Assembly: GCA_031268535.1 (NCBI GenBank)
Contig: JAIRXB010000010.1
Coordinates: 1-32,000 of the forward strand
Direction of reading: 5' to 3'
Source: Puniceicoccales bacterium
GTDB lineage: Bacteria; Verrucomicrobiota; Verrucomicrobiia; Opitutales; JAIRLM01
Length of the DNA stretch: 32,000 nucleotides
The translations under genes were made by a program, and so were the position numbers. Of this stretch, positions 1 through 10,400 are shown piece by piece. A model generated the notes under the pieces. That model was not told the DNA's origin and did no database searches. It was given only the letters and a program-made list of their open reading frames with translations. Numbering within the stretch: position 1 is the first letter of the stretch; each line of letters opens with the position of its first letter.

Positions 1-1991
1 TTAGCTGACAGCTTAGTTAGTTCATAGAAAAACCCTCTCCCGCGAAAAGCCGGCGCGAAAACACCAATGCCACCAACGCCACAGAGGCAATGCCCCAATG
101 CAGCACGAAGCATAGATTCGCCATCGGCTATATGGCTAATAACATCAGTCGCTTCTTTTGCTTTGCGCACCCAGTCGCCAAAGCCATCGGCGGGAAATGT
201 TCCACCAAACAAATCGGCAAATGCGTCAACGGACGTGAGCAACGCTTCTTTCGCCGCCTCCACATGCGGGAGAACCACCTCCACAACAGCTGGTTTTAGC
301 GCCGCACCGGCACCTCCGACATTTGGATCGCCAATGACTTGGCCAGCATTTGCCGCCGCCACATCCGAGGGCACTGAAGATGCTGCTGGCGATGATGCGG
401 ACTGTGCGGACTCCGGCTGATTTGACGTCGACGAAACAGGCGACGCTTTCTGAGCTGGTCGGGCAGACTGTGCCGGCACATGCGCAAGCGGATTTGAACC
501 TGACTTCTGAACTGGCGGTTGCGAAGGCTCCACAGGCAGAGTAGAACTGGACGCATCCCCAGCTCCAGGCGGCGAAACTGGAGGAGGTTGCGAATCGGAT
601 TTCTTGGACGTCTCAGCCCGTGAATCATCTATCACTAGCTGGAGCGCAGACGATTGCGGAGCGGACGGAGGTGCAGCTGGAGGCGGATTTGTCTGCGGCT
701 GAGGCTGGCTGCCATGTGCGGCACTTTGCTGAGCATCCAACGGAGGAGCACCGCCGCCCTGCGGGCTGGCCGGAGGAAGATTTGCTGCGACTGTCGTTGG
801 CATCGGTTGCGCCGAAGAGGCTTGTGCATTCGCGGAGCCGGACGATTGAGCCGGCACGGATTGGGATTGGGACGCTGCTTGCGGAAGATTTGAACCGAGT
901 TGCTGAGAAGGCGTAGCTGCAGGCGGTACGCCGCCGCCTTGGCTGGCCAAAGGAGGATTTGGGCCAGATTGAGAAGCAGGCGCTTGCGGAGGTGTAGCCG
1001 AAGAAGGATTTACGGCACCTGGCGCTAGAGAAGATTGCAGAGCCGGTTGGCCAAGCGGCAGTTGCACAGCTGGAGGCGATTGCGGTTGCGCAGCTGCAGG
1101 CGGCGAAGGCGGAAGCTGCGCTGTTGGCTCTTGGGGAGCACCATCGGCCTGCGGAGGCATGAGCGGACCAAGTTGCTCAACTGGCGGTTGCAAAGGCTCC
1201 ACAGGCGGAGCAGAACTGGATGCATCTTCAGCTTCAGACGGCGTAGCTGGAGGAGATTGCGAATCGGATTTCTTGGACGTCTCGATCTGCGAAATATTTG
1301 GCGCCGACGGTGGCACAGACGATGACGGCGGCGGAGCAAGAGGCGGTTTCGGAGCTTGTTGGACAGGCGGCGGTTGCGGTTGCGCAGCTGAAGGCGGATT
1401 TACCTGCGGCTGAGGCTGGCTGCCATGTGCGGCACTTTGCGGGGCGCCCAACGGATGGCTGGACGGCGGCGGAGCAGACGGCTGCGACGGCGCCTGGCTC
1501 TGAGGCGAAAGCGAAGCAGATGCGGACGGCTGGCCCGGAAGATTTGGCGGCGCTGACTCCTGCTGCTGCGCCACGGCCGAACCGCCATTGTCGCCACCGG
1601 CCGCATCTTCGTCGCCTCCTGCGCCATCTGAATCGGATGGCACGGCGGCGCCGGCGGCAATTTTGCCGCTTTTCCCACGGTCCGCCTTTGCATGCCGAAG
1701 TGCGCTCCACAGCAAATTGAGCTGCGCACCGCCTCTGTTGATTTGAACCGCAACATACGTAAGTAGCGCAATCCAATATATTCCGGCGGTAAAAATCGTT
1801 ACTGCGACAATCAGAATTACGTGCTTTGCCGCAAGACCTTTGGCAACAGCCGCCAGCTGATTGCAGCCTTCCGTACGGCAAGCGGAAACCATATCGTCGG
1901 AGCTGGCGCCGGCAAGCACCCTAACGAATGCACTGCTAATTGCCGTAGCCGCACCAACCTTCGGCAAACCTGCGACACTACCCTTAATCAT
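1..1991 (-). CDS. Membrane-anchored Pro/Gln-rich protein, family member 1 (3' end cut by the window edge)
   Basis: Not in the ORF track because this frame has no stop before position 1. Manual translation from the ATG at 1989-1991 (in-frame TAA upstream at 2004-2006) gives MIKGSVAGLPKVGAATAISSAFVRVLAGASSDDMVSACRTEGCNQLAAVAKGLAAKHVILIVAVTIFTAGIYWIALLTYVAVQINRGGAQLNLLWSALRHAKADRGKSGK. About 480 aa of P/Q/S/A-rich low complexity follow (e.g. SAPPPSSHPLGAPQSAAHGSQPQPQVNPPSAAQPQPPPVQQAPKPPLAPPPSSSVPPS). The sequence then reads ...VDAFADLFGGTFPADGFGDWVRKAKEATDVISHIADGESMLRAALGHC... and runs off the window. All listed minus ORFs in this region are in the other two frames. Confidence 0.75.
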   Translation of the reverse strand, partial: MIKGSVAGLPKVGAATAISSAFVRVLAGASSDDMVSACRTEGCNQLAAVAKGLAAKHVILIVAVTIFTAGIYWIALLTYVAVQINRGGAQLNLLWSALRHAKADRGKSGKIAAGAAVPSDSDGAGGDEDAAGGDNGGSAVAQQQESAPPNLPGQPSASASLSPQSQAPSQPSAPPPSSHPLGAPQSAAHGSQPQPQVNPPSAAQPQPPPVQQAPKPPLAPPPSSSVPPSAPNISQIETSKKSDSQSPPATPSEAEDASSSAPPVEPLQPPVEQLGPLMPPQADGAPQEPTAQLPPSPPAAAQPQSPPAVQLPLGQPALQSSLAPGAVNPSSATPPQAPASQSGPNPPLASQGGGVPPAATPSQQLGSNLPQAASQSQSVPAQSSGSANAQASSAQPMPTTVAANLPPASPQGGGAPPLDAQQSAAHGSQPQPQTNPPPAAPPSAPQSSALQLVIDDSRAETSKKSDSQPPPVSPPGAGDASSSTLPVEPSQPPVQKSGSNPLAHVPAQSARPAQKASPVSSTSNQPESAQSASSPAASSVPSDVAAANAGQVIGDPNVGGAGAALKPAVVEVVLPHVEAAKEALLTSVDAFADLFGGTFPADGFGDWVRKAKEATDVISHIADGESMLRAALGHCLCGVGGIGVFAPAFRGRGFFYELTKLSA
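505..1560. repeat. Internal duplication within the Pro-rich linker of family member 1 (two homologous 0.25-0.35-kb blocks offset by 669-711 bp)
   Basis: actggcggttgc(g/a)aaggctccacaggc(a/g)gag occurs at 511 and 1180. gcgaatcggatttcttggacgtctc occurs at 590 and 1259. ctgcggctgaggctggctgccatgtgcggcactttgc occurs at 693 and 1404. At protein level ETSKKSDSQSPPATPSEAEDASSSAPPVEPLQPPVEQ matches ETSKKSDSQPPPVSPPGAGDASSSTLPVEPSQPPVQK, and QSAAHGSQPQPQ occurs twice. Confidence 0.7.
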
Positions 1992-1999
1992 TTGACATA

Positions 2000-2029
2000 A
2001 TTCTTAGCCGCTGCGCAACGAGTAGTCAA
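2000..2029 (-). promoter_or_regulatory. Candidate sigma70-like promoter for family member 1, at the edge of direct-repeat copy A
   Basis: On the minus strand: TTGACT (2024-2029), a 17-nt spacer, then TAAGAAT (2000-2006), 8 nt before the ATG at 1991. The TTGACT box and 17-nt spacing are conserved in repeat copy B. This is pattern matching only. Confidence 0.25.
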
Positions 2030-2090
2030 ACGGAATCTTCAGTCCGCGAAGACAAACAATCCAAACAAGCACCGAAACGCCACACTAGTT

Positions 2091-2354
2091 TTAAACGGAA
2101 GATGGCACCACAATAGCATTGCCATCGGCAAAATAATTGATGCGAAAATTATCTTTATGCAATATGCCAACGGTCGTTTTAATTGCTTTGATTTTGGCAC
2201 CATTGTCCGCGACATCCTTCAGCATTGCCTCAGCCGCGATGCGCACCGCCGTCCTCGCGCCTCTAAATTCAACACATTCTGCTTCGTCACTTTTCCCCGT
2301 ATTCATTCGGCCGCGTGAAGCAACCATTTCCATGCAAATGGAAACGAAAGGCAT
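2091..2354 (-). CDS. Small conserved hypothetical protein (87 aa), intact copy
   Basis: ORF MPFVSICMEMVASRGRMNTGKSDEAECVEFRGARTAVRIAAEAMLKDVADNGAKIKAIKTTVGILHKDNFRINYFADGNAIVVPSSV. It is co-directional with the flanking genes. The ATG and the stop context are both conserved in repeat copy B. Several inter-copy substitutions are silent (GCG/GCA, GAC/GAT, GGT/GGC). However, the antisense plus ORF 2137-2418 shares the same wobble positions, so the strand call rests on context. Confidence 0.5.
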   Translation of the reverse strand: MPFVSICMEMVASRGRMNTGKSDEAECVEFRGARTAVRIAAEAMLKDVADNGAKIKAIKTTVGILHKDNFRINYFADGNAIVVPSSV

Positions 2355-2372
2355 TTTCTTTTCCGGCTTTTG

Positions 2373-2513
2373 CTATTCTTTTTCCACAACTCCATATCGA
2401 TACTGGCATTTTCTATGAATATGAAACTTGCAATTATCGATCGTTCCATTGACGCCCTCTTTCGCTAACGCCATACACTTTCGGAACGAGGTTGCTGTCC
2501 GGCATCCTAGCAT
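2373..2513 (-). CDS. Candidate small Cys-containing ORF (46 aa) at the start of the repeat module
   Basis: MLGCRTATSFRKCMALAKEGVNGTIDNCKFHIHRKCQYRYGVVEKE. Copy B (14689-14799) encodes MLGCRTATSFRKCMALAKEGADGAIDNCKFHIHGKR. Four of 9 changed codons between copies are silent in this frame, against 1 of 7 in the overlapping frame. No convincing Shine-Dalgarno sequence. The region could instead be a conserved untranslated or regulatory element. Confidence 0.25.
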   Translation of the reverse strand: MLGCRTATSFRKCMALAKEGVNGTIDNCKFHIHRKCQYRYGVVEKE

Positions 2514-2949
2514 TCTCGCAAATAAATCCACAATTCGCACACATATGGGCATCTTCCATGCATCTAGCCACGGCATTCTCGCCGTCAAAACTGTGCGGCA
2601 GCAGACAGGGCCATGCGCGCACTGCGCGCTTAAGCGAGCAGCCTCTAAAGCAACCGGAGAAGCGATCTTTAGCTCGCTTCGGCGCAACGGCAAGTGTATC
2701 ACTGACCAACTCATCTAAGCGCTTACAGTAAGTCTCATCACCGCGATACCTTGTCGGCCCTTTGAGCTCATCTTGAACCCGATCAATTCCTCCAACAATT
2801 TCATATGGCATTCCACCCACATTGCCAAAGCAGTCAACAATGTCTCTTTCTTCAATGAATCTGAACTACAACTCTTTCGCCATGCGCCGATAGATAAAAG
2901 ATTTAATTGACGCTTCATTAACTAATTTGCGCGGCAGGAAATTTTTCAT
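2434..2949 (-). pseudogene. Cys-rich module, paralog copy 3, with an in-frame TAG at 2866-2868
   Basis: One frame reads MKNFLPRKLVNEASIKSFIYRRMAKEL*FRFIEERDIVDCFGNVGGMPYEIVGGIDRVQDELKGPTRYRGDETYCKRLDELVSDTLAVAPKRAKDRFSGCFRGCSLKRAVRAWPC... It is colinear with the C-terminal half of the 3001-3903 protein: FIDEELRKSFNFEIKG...IIERVEQIQEMFKGLPKCGGDVTRCKCLDELLLD...ASGDALVRAVGEIS. Confidence 0.45.
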
Positions 2950-3000
2950 GTGCTTAGCCGCCACATTCATGCATTTAATTGCACAGTCTAAATCACTACC

Positions 3001-3903
3001 CTATTCCAGCACAACCAATTTATATTGGCCATTTCCCTCCCGTACTGGCGCTATCGTATTGATAGTTGCTATGGCAGCCGTTTCTGCCATACGATTGGCG
3101 ATGCCGTCAATCACATTGTTATAGCCCGCGAATGACAGACACCAAGGGAGTGTCGTCGCAACGACATCTGGCGCAGTTGCCGCATTAGCCACAGCTGAGC
3201 TGGGCGGCCTAAACACCATACGGGACAGTTCACAGTAAGCTCCTACGGCGCCCCGACAAAATTGCACGCCTTCATATTGCGCGCTATTGGAAATTTCTCC
3301 AACGGCGCGCACCAACGCATCGCCGCTAGCTTCCCTGAAGGCGTCCGCATAGGATTCCTCCGATACGTTGAAGAATGCATCAAGGAGCAGCTCGTCTAGA
3401 CACTTACAGCGAGTCACATCGCCGCCGCACTTTGGCAATCCTTTAAACATCTCCTGTATCTGTTCGACTCTTTCAATAATTGAACATAGCAGCCAATTCG
3501 CGAAATCGGAACCCTTAGGAGTATTTTCCTCTAGAAAAATGTCGGCAATGCGATTGACTCCCTTTATCTCAAAATTGAAAGATTTACGCAACTCTTCATC
3601 AATGAATCTGGAAACCGGAAAATTCACTCCGCATTCAGTCAGCTTAGTTAGTGACGAAATCGCATCGCCAAGATCCCCACTCTCCTTCAACAAAGCCAAT
3701 CTAGTTCCTGACCACTCACGTTCAGTTTCTGGCCAAATACGTCCACAGCTCGACAACTTCGCTAGCTTCACTGCACCAATGATCGCCGCACTAGCCATTT
3801 TCGAAAGAAGCTCTCCAATGCAGTCAGTCAATGCGCCATACTTCCTGAACAGCTCCAAAGCCACTCCGGACTCGATCGCCTTGGCTTTAGCTGCGCTGAG
3901 CAT
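3001..3903 (-). CDS. Hypothetical Cys-containing protein (300 aa), paralog copy 2 (intact)
   Basis: ATG-initiated 300-aa ORF whose start abuts the stop of the upstream ORF (TAGATG at 3901-3906). It contains the module ...CKCLDELLLDAFFNVSEESYADAFREASGDALVRAVGEISNSAQYEGVQFCRGAVGAYCEL, shared with the 3904-4110 and 2434-2820 ORFs. I recognise no known domain. Confidence 0.7.
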   Translation of the reverse strand: MLSAAKAKAIESGVALELFRKYGALTDCIGELLSKMASAAIIGAVKLAKLSSCGRIWPETEREWSGTRLALLKESGDLGDAISSLTKLTECGVNFPVSRFIDEELRKSFNFEIKGVNRIADIFLEENTPKGSDFANWLLCSIIERVEQIQEMFKGLPKCGGDVTRCKCLDELLLDAFFNVSEESYADAFREASGDALVRAVGEISNSAQYEGVQFCRGAVGAYCELSRMVFRPPSSAVANAATAPDVVATTLPWCLSFAGYNNVIDGIANRMAETAAIATINTIAPVREGNGQYKLVVLE

Positions 3904-4444
3904 CTAAAAGGCTGTAGTCAGCAGTTTGCAGCGAACTCCTGCAGCGCCATCAGGACAGAAGCACCGATCATCCCATCCGCTATTCTTCACAGCGCAGGAG
4001 ATTTCTTCAACTGCGCGCACCAACACATCGCCGCTGGCGCCCACTAGACATCGCTCCATAAGAAACCTGCACAGAACGCAAGGATCTTTCGCACATTCCT
4101 TATCGCCCAATACGCACTGTCCGCCATTACTAATTGATCGCTCAAACAGATCATTTACAGCGCTCTACGTAGCGCAAGTGCAGGATGTCGCGTAGTTTGC
4201 CGTTACGATTTAAGCCGGCATAGCCGGATTCGCTAGCAATCCTCCACAACACATCGCAAATCGCATCGAAGTTTTTGTTATTTGCGGACGTTTCGCAGCC
4301 ACGAGACCAGTCGCACACCGCACTCCAACAACTACTGTTCAAACTCTCGTTAATCGCCACATAATGCGATGTCATCGCTGCAGAGAGCCATAAATAGAGA
4401 GCATTGCTGTTCACTGGCACCGTGCTTACAATGGCGGTGCCCAA
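3904..4444 (-). pseudogene. Cys-rich module, paralog copy 1, apparently split by a frameshift near 4151-4164
   Basis: ORF 4151-4444 (...VAINESLNSSCWSAVCDWSRGCETSANNKNFDAICDVLWRI...) aligns with the N-terminal part of the module (LVNEASIKSF / FIDEELRKSF). A second frame is open from 4164 to 3904 (SAVNDLFERSISNGGQCVLGDKECAKDPCVLCRFLMERCLVGASGDVLVRAVEEISCAVKNSGWDDRCFCPDGAAGVRCKLL) and supplies the C-terminal part. Both listed ORFs start at TTG. They could also be two genuine small genes. Confidence 0.4.
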
Positions 4445-4450
4445 TAGTTT

Positions 4451-7400
4451 CTAAATGCGCTTACTGTTAAGTTCCCTCAAAGAATACCGAAGTGAATAGC
4501 GAAAGTAGTCCCGGACTTTCAATTCTCTTTCGCCTAACGCACATTTGTCAACCGCGTCGGCTACGGCTGACAGCCGTAGTAGGGCGCCTTGCAAATCATT
4601 CACGTCCACTTTGCCCAAACACAACAACTCTAACATAGAGCTAATCTCGCAAAAAATATTTTCAATACATTCGATGCCACTCGATCTGCACATGGCGACT
4701 AGCTCATTACAGACCGCAGCAGCACCACTCTCGGACGCGCTTGAATCAACAACCGCCAAAGCAACGATACGGTCAATCGCTGTTCGCCTTACACCGGCAA
4801 TTTTGCCAAACCCCAGTCCGAAATCGTAGTAGCGGCAGTCATGCGCAGCCAACTCACCGCGGAGATGCCAAATGTCGGTAATAAACCTACACACTTCACC
4901 AATGCGGCCCATAGACAAATTCTCTGCAGCCATGCACCCTTTAAGTAGCGCGCAAATTTCACCCAAAAAACCCATGCAGCGCGGCGATGCGCCGGAATAA
5001 TAATATCCGCCACTGCGTAGCGCACGGGCGCACGCAGCAAGAGCCGCATCCCTCATGCTTGCGTCAGCCATATCGTCGTCCAACATAGACTTTACGGTGA
5101 CAATTGCTCTGATGCCATCCGCCGTGTGCGGCAGCAAATCGAAATCAAAAAGAGACCCAAACTTGCCGCTAAGCGCTTCGCACAGCGCTTTGACATTCTC
5201 TTCGGAGCGTGGTCCGCAATTGGCTAATTTATTCCTGATTTGATCTACGCAACCATAGCACACATTCCCTTCGCCGTCAACAATGGCGGCCGATATGGCT
5301 TCGCAGATCTCGCCAATTTCAGTCGCATCAGCGACGGCAGACTTATCGCCAAGAAATTTGCCGATCGCGTCGATGGCATCATCGACTTTTTTTCGGTTGC
5401 TGGCAACTTCAATGTCAAATTCTAGACATCGCACCACATCCGCCACAGCAGCGTCACCGGCAGAACCACCGGCCGAAGATTTAAGAACATCGCACAGCAC
5501 ATCCATGGCGGCATTTATGGAGGCGGCGCTAGTGTCTTTTGCCACTTCGCTCGGCATCTCCACTTCCGCAAGCGCACTTACTCTCAAATCAAGGGAACTC
5601 TCCGGCGATAGCCGTAGCCAACGGCACAGGTGATCCGCCAAGAATTCGTCGATTTTCCCGTTCACACACACTGCCGCTAAGAGCTTGTCGCGCACATTTT
5701 GGTCTCCGAGACCTACACCGTTTGTGATTCCTTCCGCAATCAAGCGCTTCGCCGCATTCAACTTATCGTAATTGGCAGCGTATCTAATGGCGCCAATCAT
5801 CAAAAGGTAGCTTTTTTCGCCATGGGTCACACTGGGGAAACGTAAAAGCTCCATCAACTTGTTATATTCTCTACTCACAGTTGGGGCTTTGCTTGCCATT
5901 TCCCCAAGCAAATTGTCAACGACGCTGGATAAAAGTCTGAGATTTCCACTGTCCACCTTTTCGCCATCCACAAGTACGAACTTCAAAATTTCTTCCTTGG
6001 CGGCAGTAACATCAACTGCTTCGCCGTAGGCGGCTTTGCGAAGCAAAGCCACTATGGAGTGCAGCTCGCAAATCGAAATAAGCGGCTCGACAATTACACT
6101 TTTAAAAGTGCTACCAGTTCCTCCCTTCCATGGGGGGAACTTGAGCGCCGCAAGCAATTCATCGGGGTTTTCGTTTTGGAGTGCGGCGTCATGGATTTTT
6201 CCGCAGCCATATCCTTTGAAGCCGCAAAAACTTGATAGTAAAATTTCTTCGCAGGTTTGGTTGACCTTCCCATCGACAAAAACGGCAGATTCGTATGCCG
6301 CAAAAACCTTTTTGAAGTCAGCCTCTTTGCCCTCGAGCGCGGCAAACAAACTGCTTCTAGCGGTCGACATCTCGCTAAATTTCGCCGCCGCTAGCGCTGC
6401 GCGGGACAGTGCGACATTCGCATTATGATGATGTTTGGTGCTGTCACCAAATGAAATGGCCAGCTTCGCTAAATCGTCGGCGTCAGCGGCCGCGGGTTCG
6501 CCAAACGGCAAAAGCAAATGGGGGAGTTTGCCAAAAACAAGATGCGCGAAATAACCCTCACGGACATTAAGGCGACTCAGGCAGCTACTGTAGTCCACTC
6601 CACCGCGAAATTTGTCGAGGGAAGACTTCCACCCGTCGGTCACATCAGAAACTAATCCTCCTACGGCAGCAATGACTTCTACACGGGTAGTGGTAGGCGG
6701 TTTTTTACCGCTCACCGCTGCAATGACTCCAAGATATGCTCCATAGGCTATAGCAAGCTCTTTATTTCTTGCGTAATCACCATCAGATTTTTCGACCGCG
6801 GCAGCGGGAGGACTATAGCCAAGGAGCTCCATAAGACCAGCTGTGTGACATCTGATTTCCTGCGCACCATCAGAAGTCCTGTCGGTGAAATGCGCAAAAA
6901 TATCCTTAAGTCCGGCTGCGGCACTGCCGTCGCCATAGCCATCGCGGCACAAGTTTTCGATGCAACTCATAATGCAACGCACATGTTTCCTATGCCAAGA
7001 TTCTAAGTTGCAATCAGCTCCTCCGGACGCATTCCGCAAATCATTCCCCAACTCCCCACGCAGCGAACCAATCAATTGGTCGGCCAAATTGATAACTTTT
7101 CTAGTTTTTTCGAGGTCACTGTCGCACTTTTCAAGTGCGCCCACCGCTTTTGCCCGCAATCTTTCACTAATGGCAAGACCAGGTTTTGACGGCACGATAG
7201 GGGTTTTGCCCGCTTTAGCGGGGTCCAGAAGCGCATTTTGAAATAATTCAAAGGCTGACTCGTCAACATTCCACTTTTCTCCGCTACGTACGGTTAACCG
7301 TAAGCGCATGGCGTCGACGAAGCCCTCAAGCAATCGATCCGATTCATCTTCACTTTCCCGTTCCCTCAGAAGAGATGCCCACACGGCGACGGCGCAGTTG

Positions 7401-10400
7401 GTGCGCACAGAGTCGTCTTGATCGGAGCCGCAATATGCCACCACAAGCGCTGCGGATTTATCGAGCGCAGTTTCGCACAGTTTCGCGTCCTTGCTTGTCG
7501 CGGCAAAATCAAACAATTCACCAACAAGATCGATCGGAAACGGAACTGACTCATTTCTCCACTTGCCATCTTCAGAAACAAATAGGCAGAGCCCGCCACT
7601 TATGGCGACTCCGGCATGTGACAGCTCCGCAAGCTCAGTTACTGCTTTGTCGCCGACAGCTTTGATGAACATGTCATCTACGTGATGCAGTGCGCAAATC
7701 GAAATGAGCGGCTCGGCAATTGCCCGTTTAAAAATGCTACCGGTTTCCGCACTCCATTGGGTCGACCCGAACGCCTCAAGCAATGCATCGGGGGTTTTGT
7801 TTTGGAGTGCGGCTGCACGCAATTCATGGTTATTACCTCTGAAGCCGCAAAAATCTGATAGAAAAAATTCTTCGCAGATTTGGTTGACCTTCCCATCGAC
7901 AAAAACGGCAGTTTTGTATGCCTCGAGAACCTTTTTGTAGTCCTTTTCTTTGCCTTCGATCGCGGCAAACAAATGTTTCTTGGCGGCCTGCATCTCGCTA
8001 AATCTCACCACACCTATCGCGCCCATGGATAACTCGACATTCGCATTATGGGGATGGTCGGTGCTGTCACCAAATGAAATTGCCAACTTCGCTAAATCGT
8101 CGGCGTCAGCGGCCGCAGGTTTGCCAAACGGCAAAAGTAAATTGGGGAGTTTGCTAAAAACAAAACTCGAAAAACGCCGTTGGATCGTTTCACTGCCCCG
8201 TTCGACGGGCGCAGAGCTCCGCCACCCATCGGCAGCATTAAAAACTAATTCTCCTACTGCAGCAATGACTTCTCCACGGGTGGTGACAGGCGGTTTTTTA
8301 CCGCTCACCGCCGCAATGACTTCAAGATATGCTCCATAGGCTGCAGTAAGCTCTTCACTGCTTGCGTAATCACCGTCAAATTTTTCGACCGCGGCGTCGC
8401 GAGGGCAATAGCCAAGAAGCTCCATGAGATCAGCTGTGTGACGTCTGATTTCCGTCGCACCATCATAAGTCCTGCCGGCGAAATGCGCAAAAATATCCTC
8501 AAGTCCGGCTGCGGCATTGCCGTCGCCGCAGCCATCGCGGCACCAGTTTTCGACGCAACTCAAAAGGCAACTGACGTGCTCATTGTGCCAAATGTAGTCC
8601 GCATCTTTTTCGGCGACATCCAGCAAATCATTCAGCCCGTGGGCCAAACCGAAAACTTGCCCAGTTTTTTTGAAGTCACTGTCGCACTTTTTAAGTGCGT
8701 CCACCGCTTTTGCCCGCAATCTTTCACTAATGACAAGACCAGGTTTTGACGGCGCGATAGGGCTTTTGCCCGCTTCGGCGGGCTCCGGAAACGCATTTCG
8801 AAATAATTCAAAGGTGGACTCGTCAACATTCCACCCTTCTCCGCTACGTACGGTCAACCGTAAGCGCATGGCGTCGACGAAGCCCTCCAGCAATCGATCC
8901 GATTCATCTTCACTTCCTCCCCGTTCCCTCAGAAGAGATGCCCACACAACGCCGGCGCAGCTGGCGCGCACAGCAGAGTCGTCTTGATCGGAGCCGCAAT
9001 ATGCCACCACAAGCGCTGCGGATTTATCGAGCGCAGTTTCGCGCAGTTTCGCGTCCTTGCTTGTCGCGGCAAAATCAAACAATTCATCCACAAGATGAAT
9101 CGGAAACGGAACTGACTTATTTCTCCACTTGCCATCTTCAGAAACAAATAGGCAGAGCCCGTCATCTATGGCCATTCCGGGACGTGACAACTCCGCAAGC
9201 TCAGTCATTGCTTTGCCGCCGGCAGCTTTGATGAACAGGTCCTCTATGGGCCGCAACTCGCAAATCGAAATAAGCGGCTCGACAATTACACTTTTAAAAG
9301 TGCTACCAGTTCCTCCCTTCCATGGGGGAAACTTGAGCGCCTCAAGCAATGCATCGAGGTTTTCGTTTTCGAGCGCGGCGCAATGGATTTTTCCGTGGCC
9401 ATGTTTTCCGAAGCCGCAATGCAATGATAGAAGAATTTCTTCGCAAGTTTGATTGACATTCCCATCGACAAAAACGGCAGATTTGTATACCTCAAAAACA
9501 CTTTCGTAGTCATTTTCTTTACCTTCGAGTGCGGCAAACAAACTGCTTCTAGCGGCCTTCATCTCGCTAAATCTCACTACACTTATCGCATCCATGGACA
9601 GCTCGACATTCGCATTATTGGGATGCTCGGTGCTGTCACCAAATGAAATGGCCAGCTTCACTAGCTCGTCAGCGCCAACGCGGCCACCAAGCGGCAAAAG
9701 TAAATTTGGGAGTCCGCTAAAAACAAAACTCAAAAAATACCGTCGGATCGTTTCACGGCCACGTCCGACGGACGCAAAGCGCCGCCACCCATCGACAGCA
9801 TTAAAAACTAATTCTCCTACGGCAGCAATGGCATCTCCGCGGGTACCTGGCGGTTCTCTATGGCGCACATTTGCAATGGCGTCGCGCACTTCAAGATATG
9901 CTCCATAGGCCATAGCAAACTCTTTGCTTCTTGCGTAATCACCGTCAAATTCTTCGACCGCGGCAGTGGGAGGGCTATAGCCAAGGAGCTCCACAAGATC
10001 AACTATGCCACATATGGCTTCCTGCCCCAAAGTAAACATGCCGCTGATGCTCCACTCCAGAATATCCGCAAGTTCGGCTGCGGCACTGCCGTCGCCACAG
10101 CCATCGCGGTACCAGTTTTCGACGCAACTCATAATGCAACGCACATGTTTCCTATGCCAAAATCTTAAGTTGTAATCAGCTTCTCCGAACGCATCCCGCA
10201 AATTATTCTCCAACTCCCCACGCAGCGAACCAATCAATTGGTCGGCCGAATTGATAACTTTTCTAGTTTTTCCGAGGTCACTGTCGCACTTTTTAAGTGC
10301 GTCCACCACTTTTGCCTGCAATCTTTCACTAATGACAAGACCAGGTTTTGACGGCGCGATAGGGTTTTTGCCCGCTTCGGCGGGCTCCAGAAACGCATTT

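Larger units (their letters stand above)
2005..2530. repeat. Direct repeat copy A (about 525 bp; partner at 14293-14817)
   Basis: By-eye alignment gives roughly 80-85% identity from tagccgctgcgcaa(c/t)gagtagtcaaacg to ggcatcctagcat(t/c)ctcgcaaataaatc, with a few 1-nt indels. Confidence 0.85.

Noticed and set aside
67-1881. Track ORFs in 67-1881 on both strands (e.g. 1234-1881 minus, 1298-1720 plus)
   Set aside because: A third minus frame is open across the whole region from 1991 to the window edge and encodes a coherent anchor-plus-linker protein. The listed ORFs are off-frame low-complexity artefacts.
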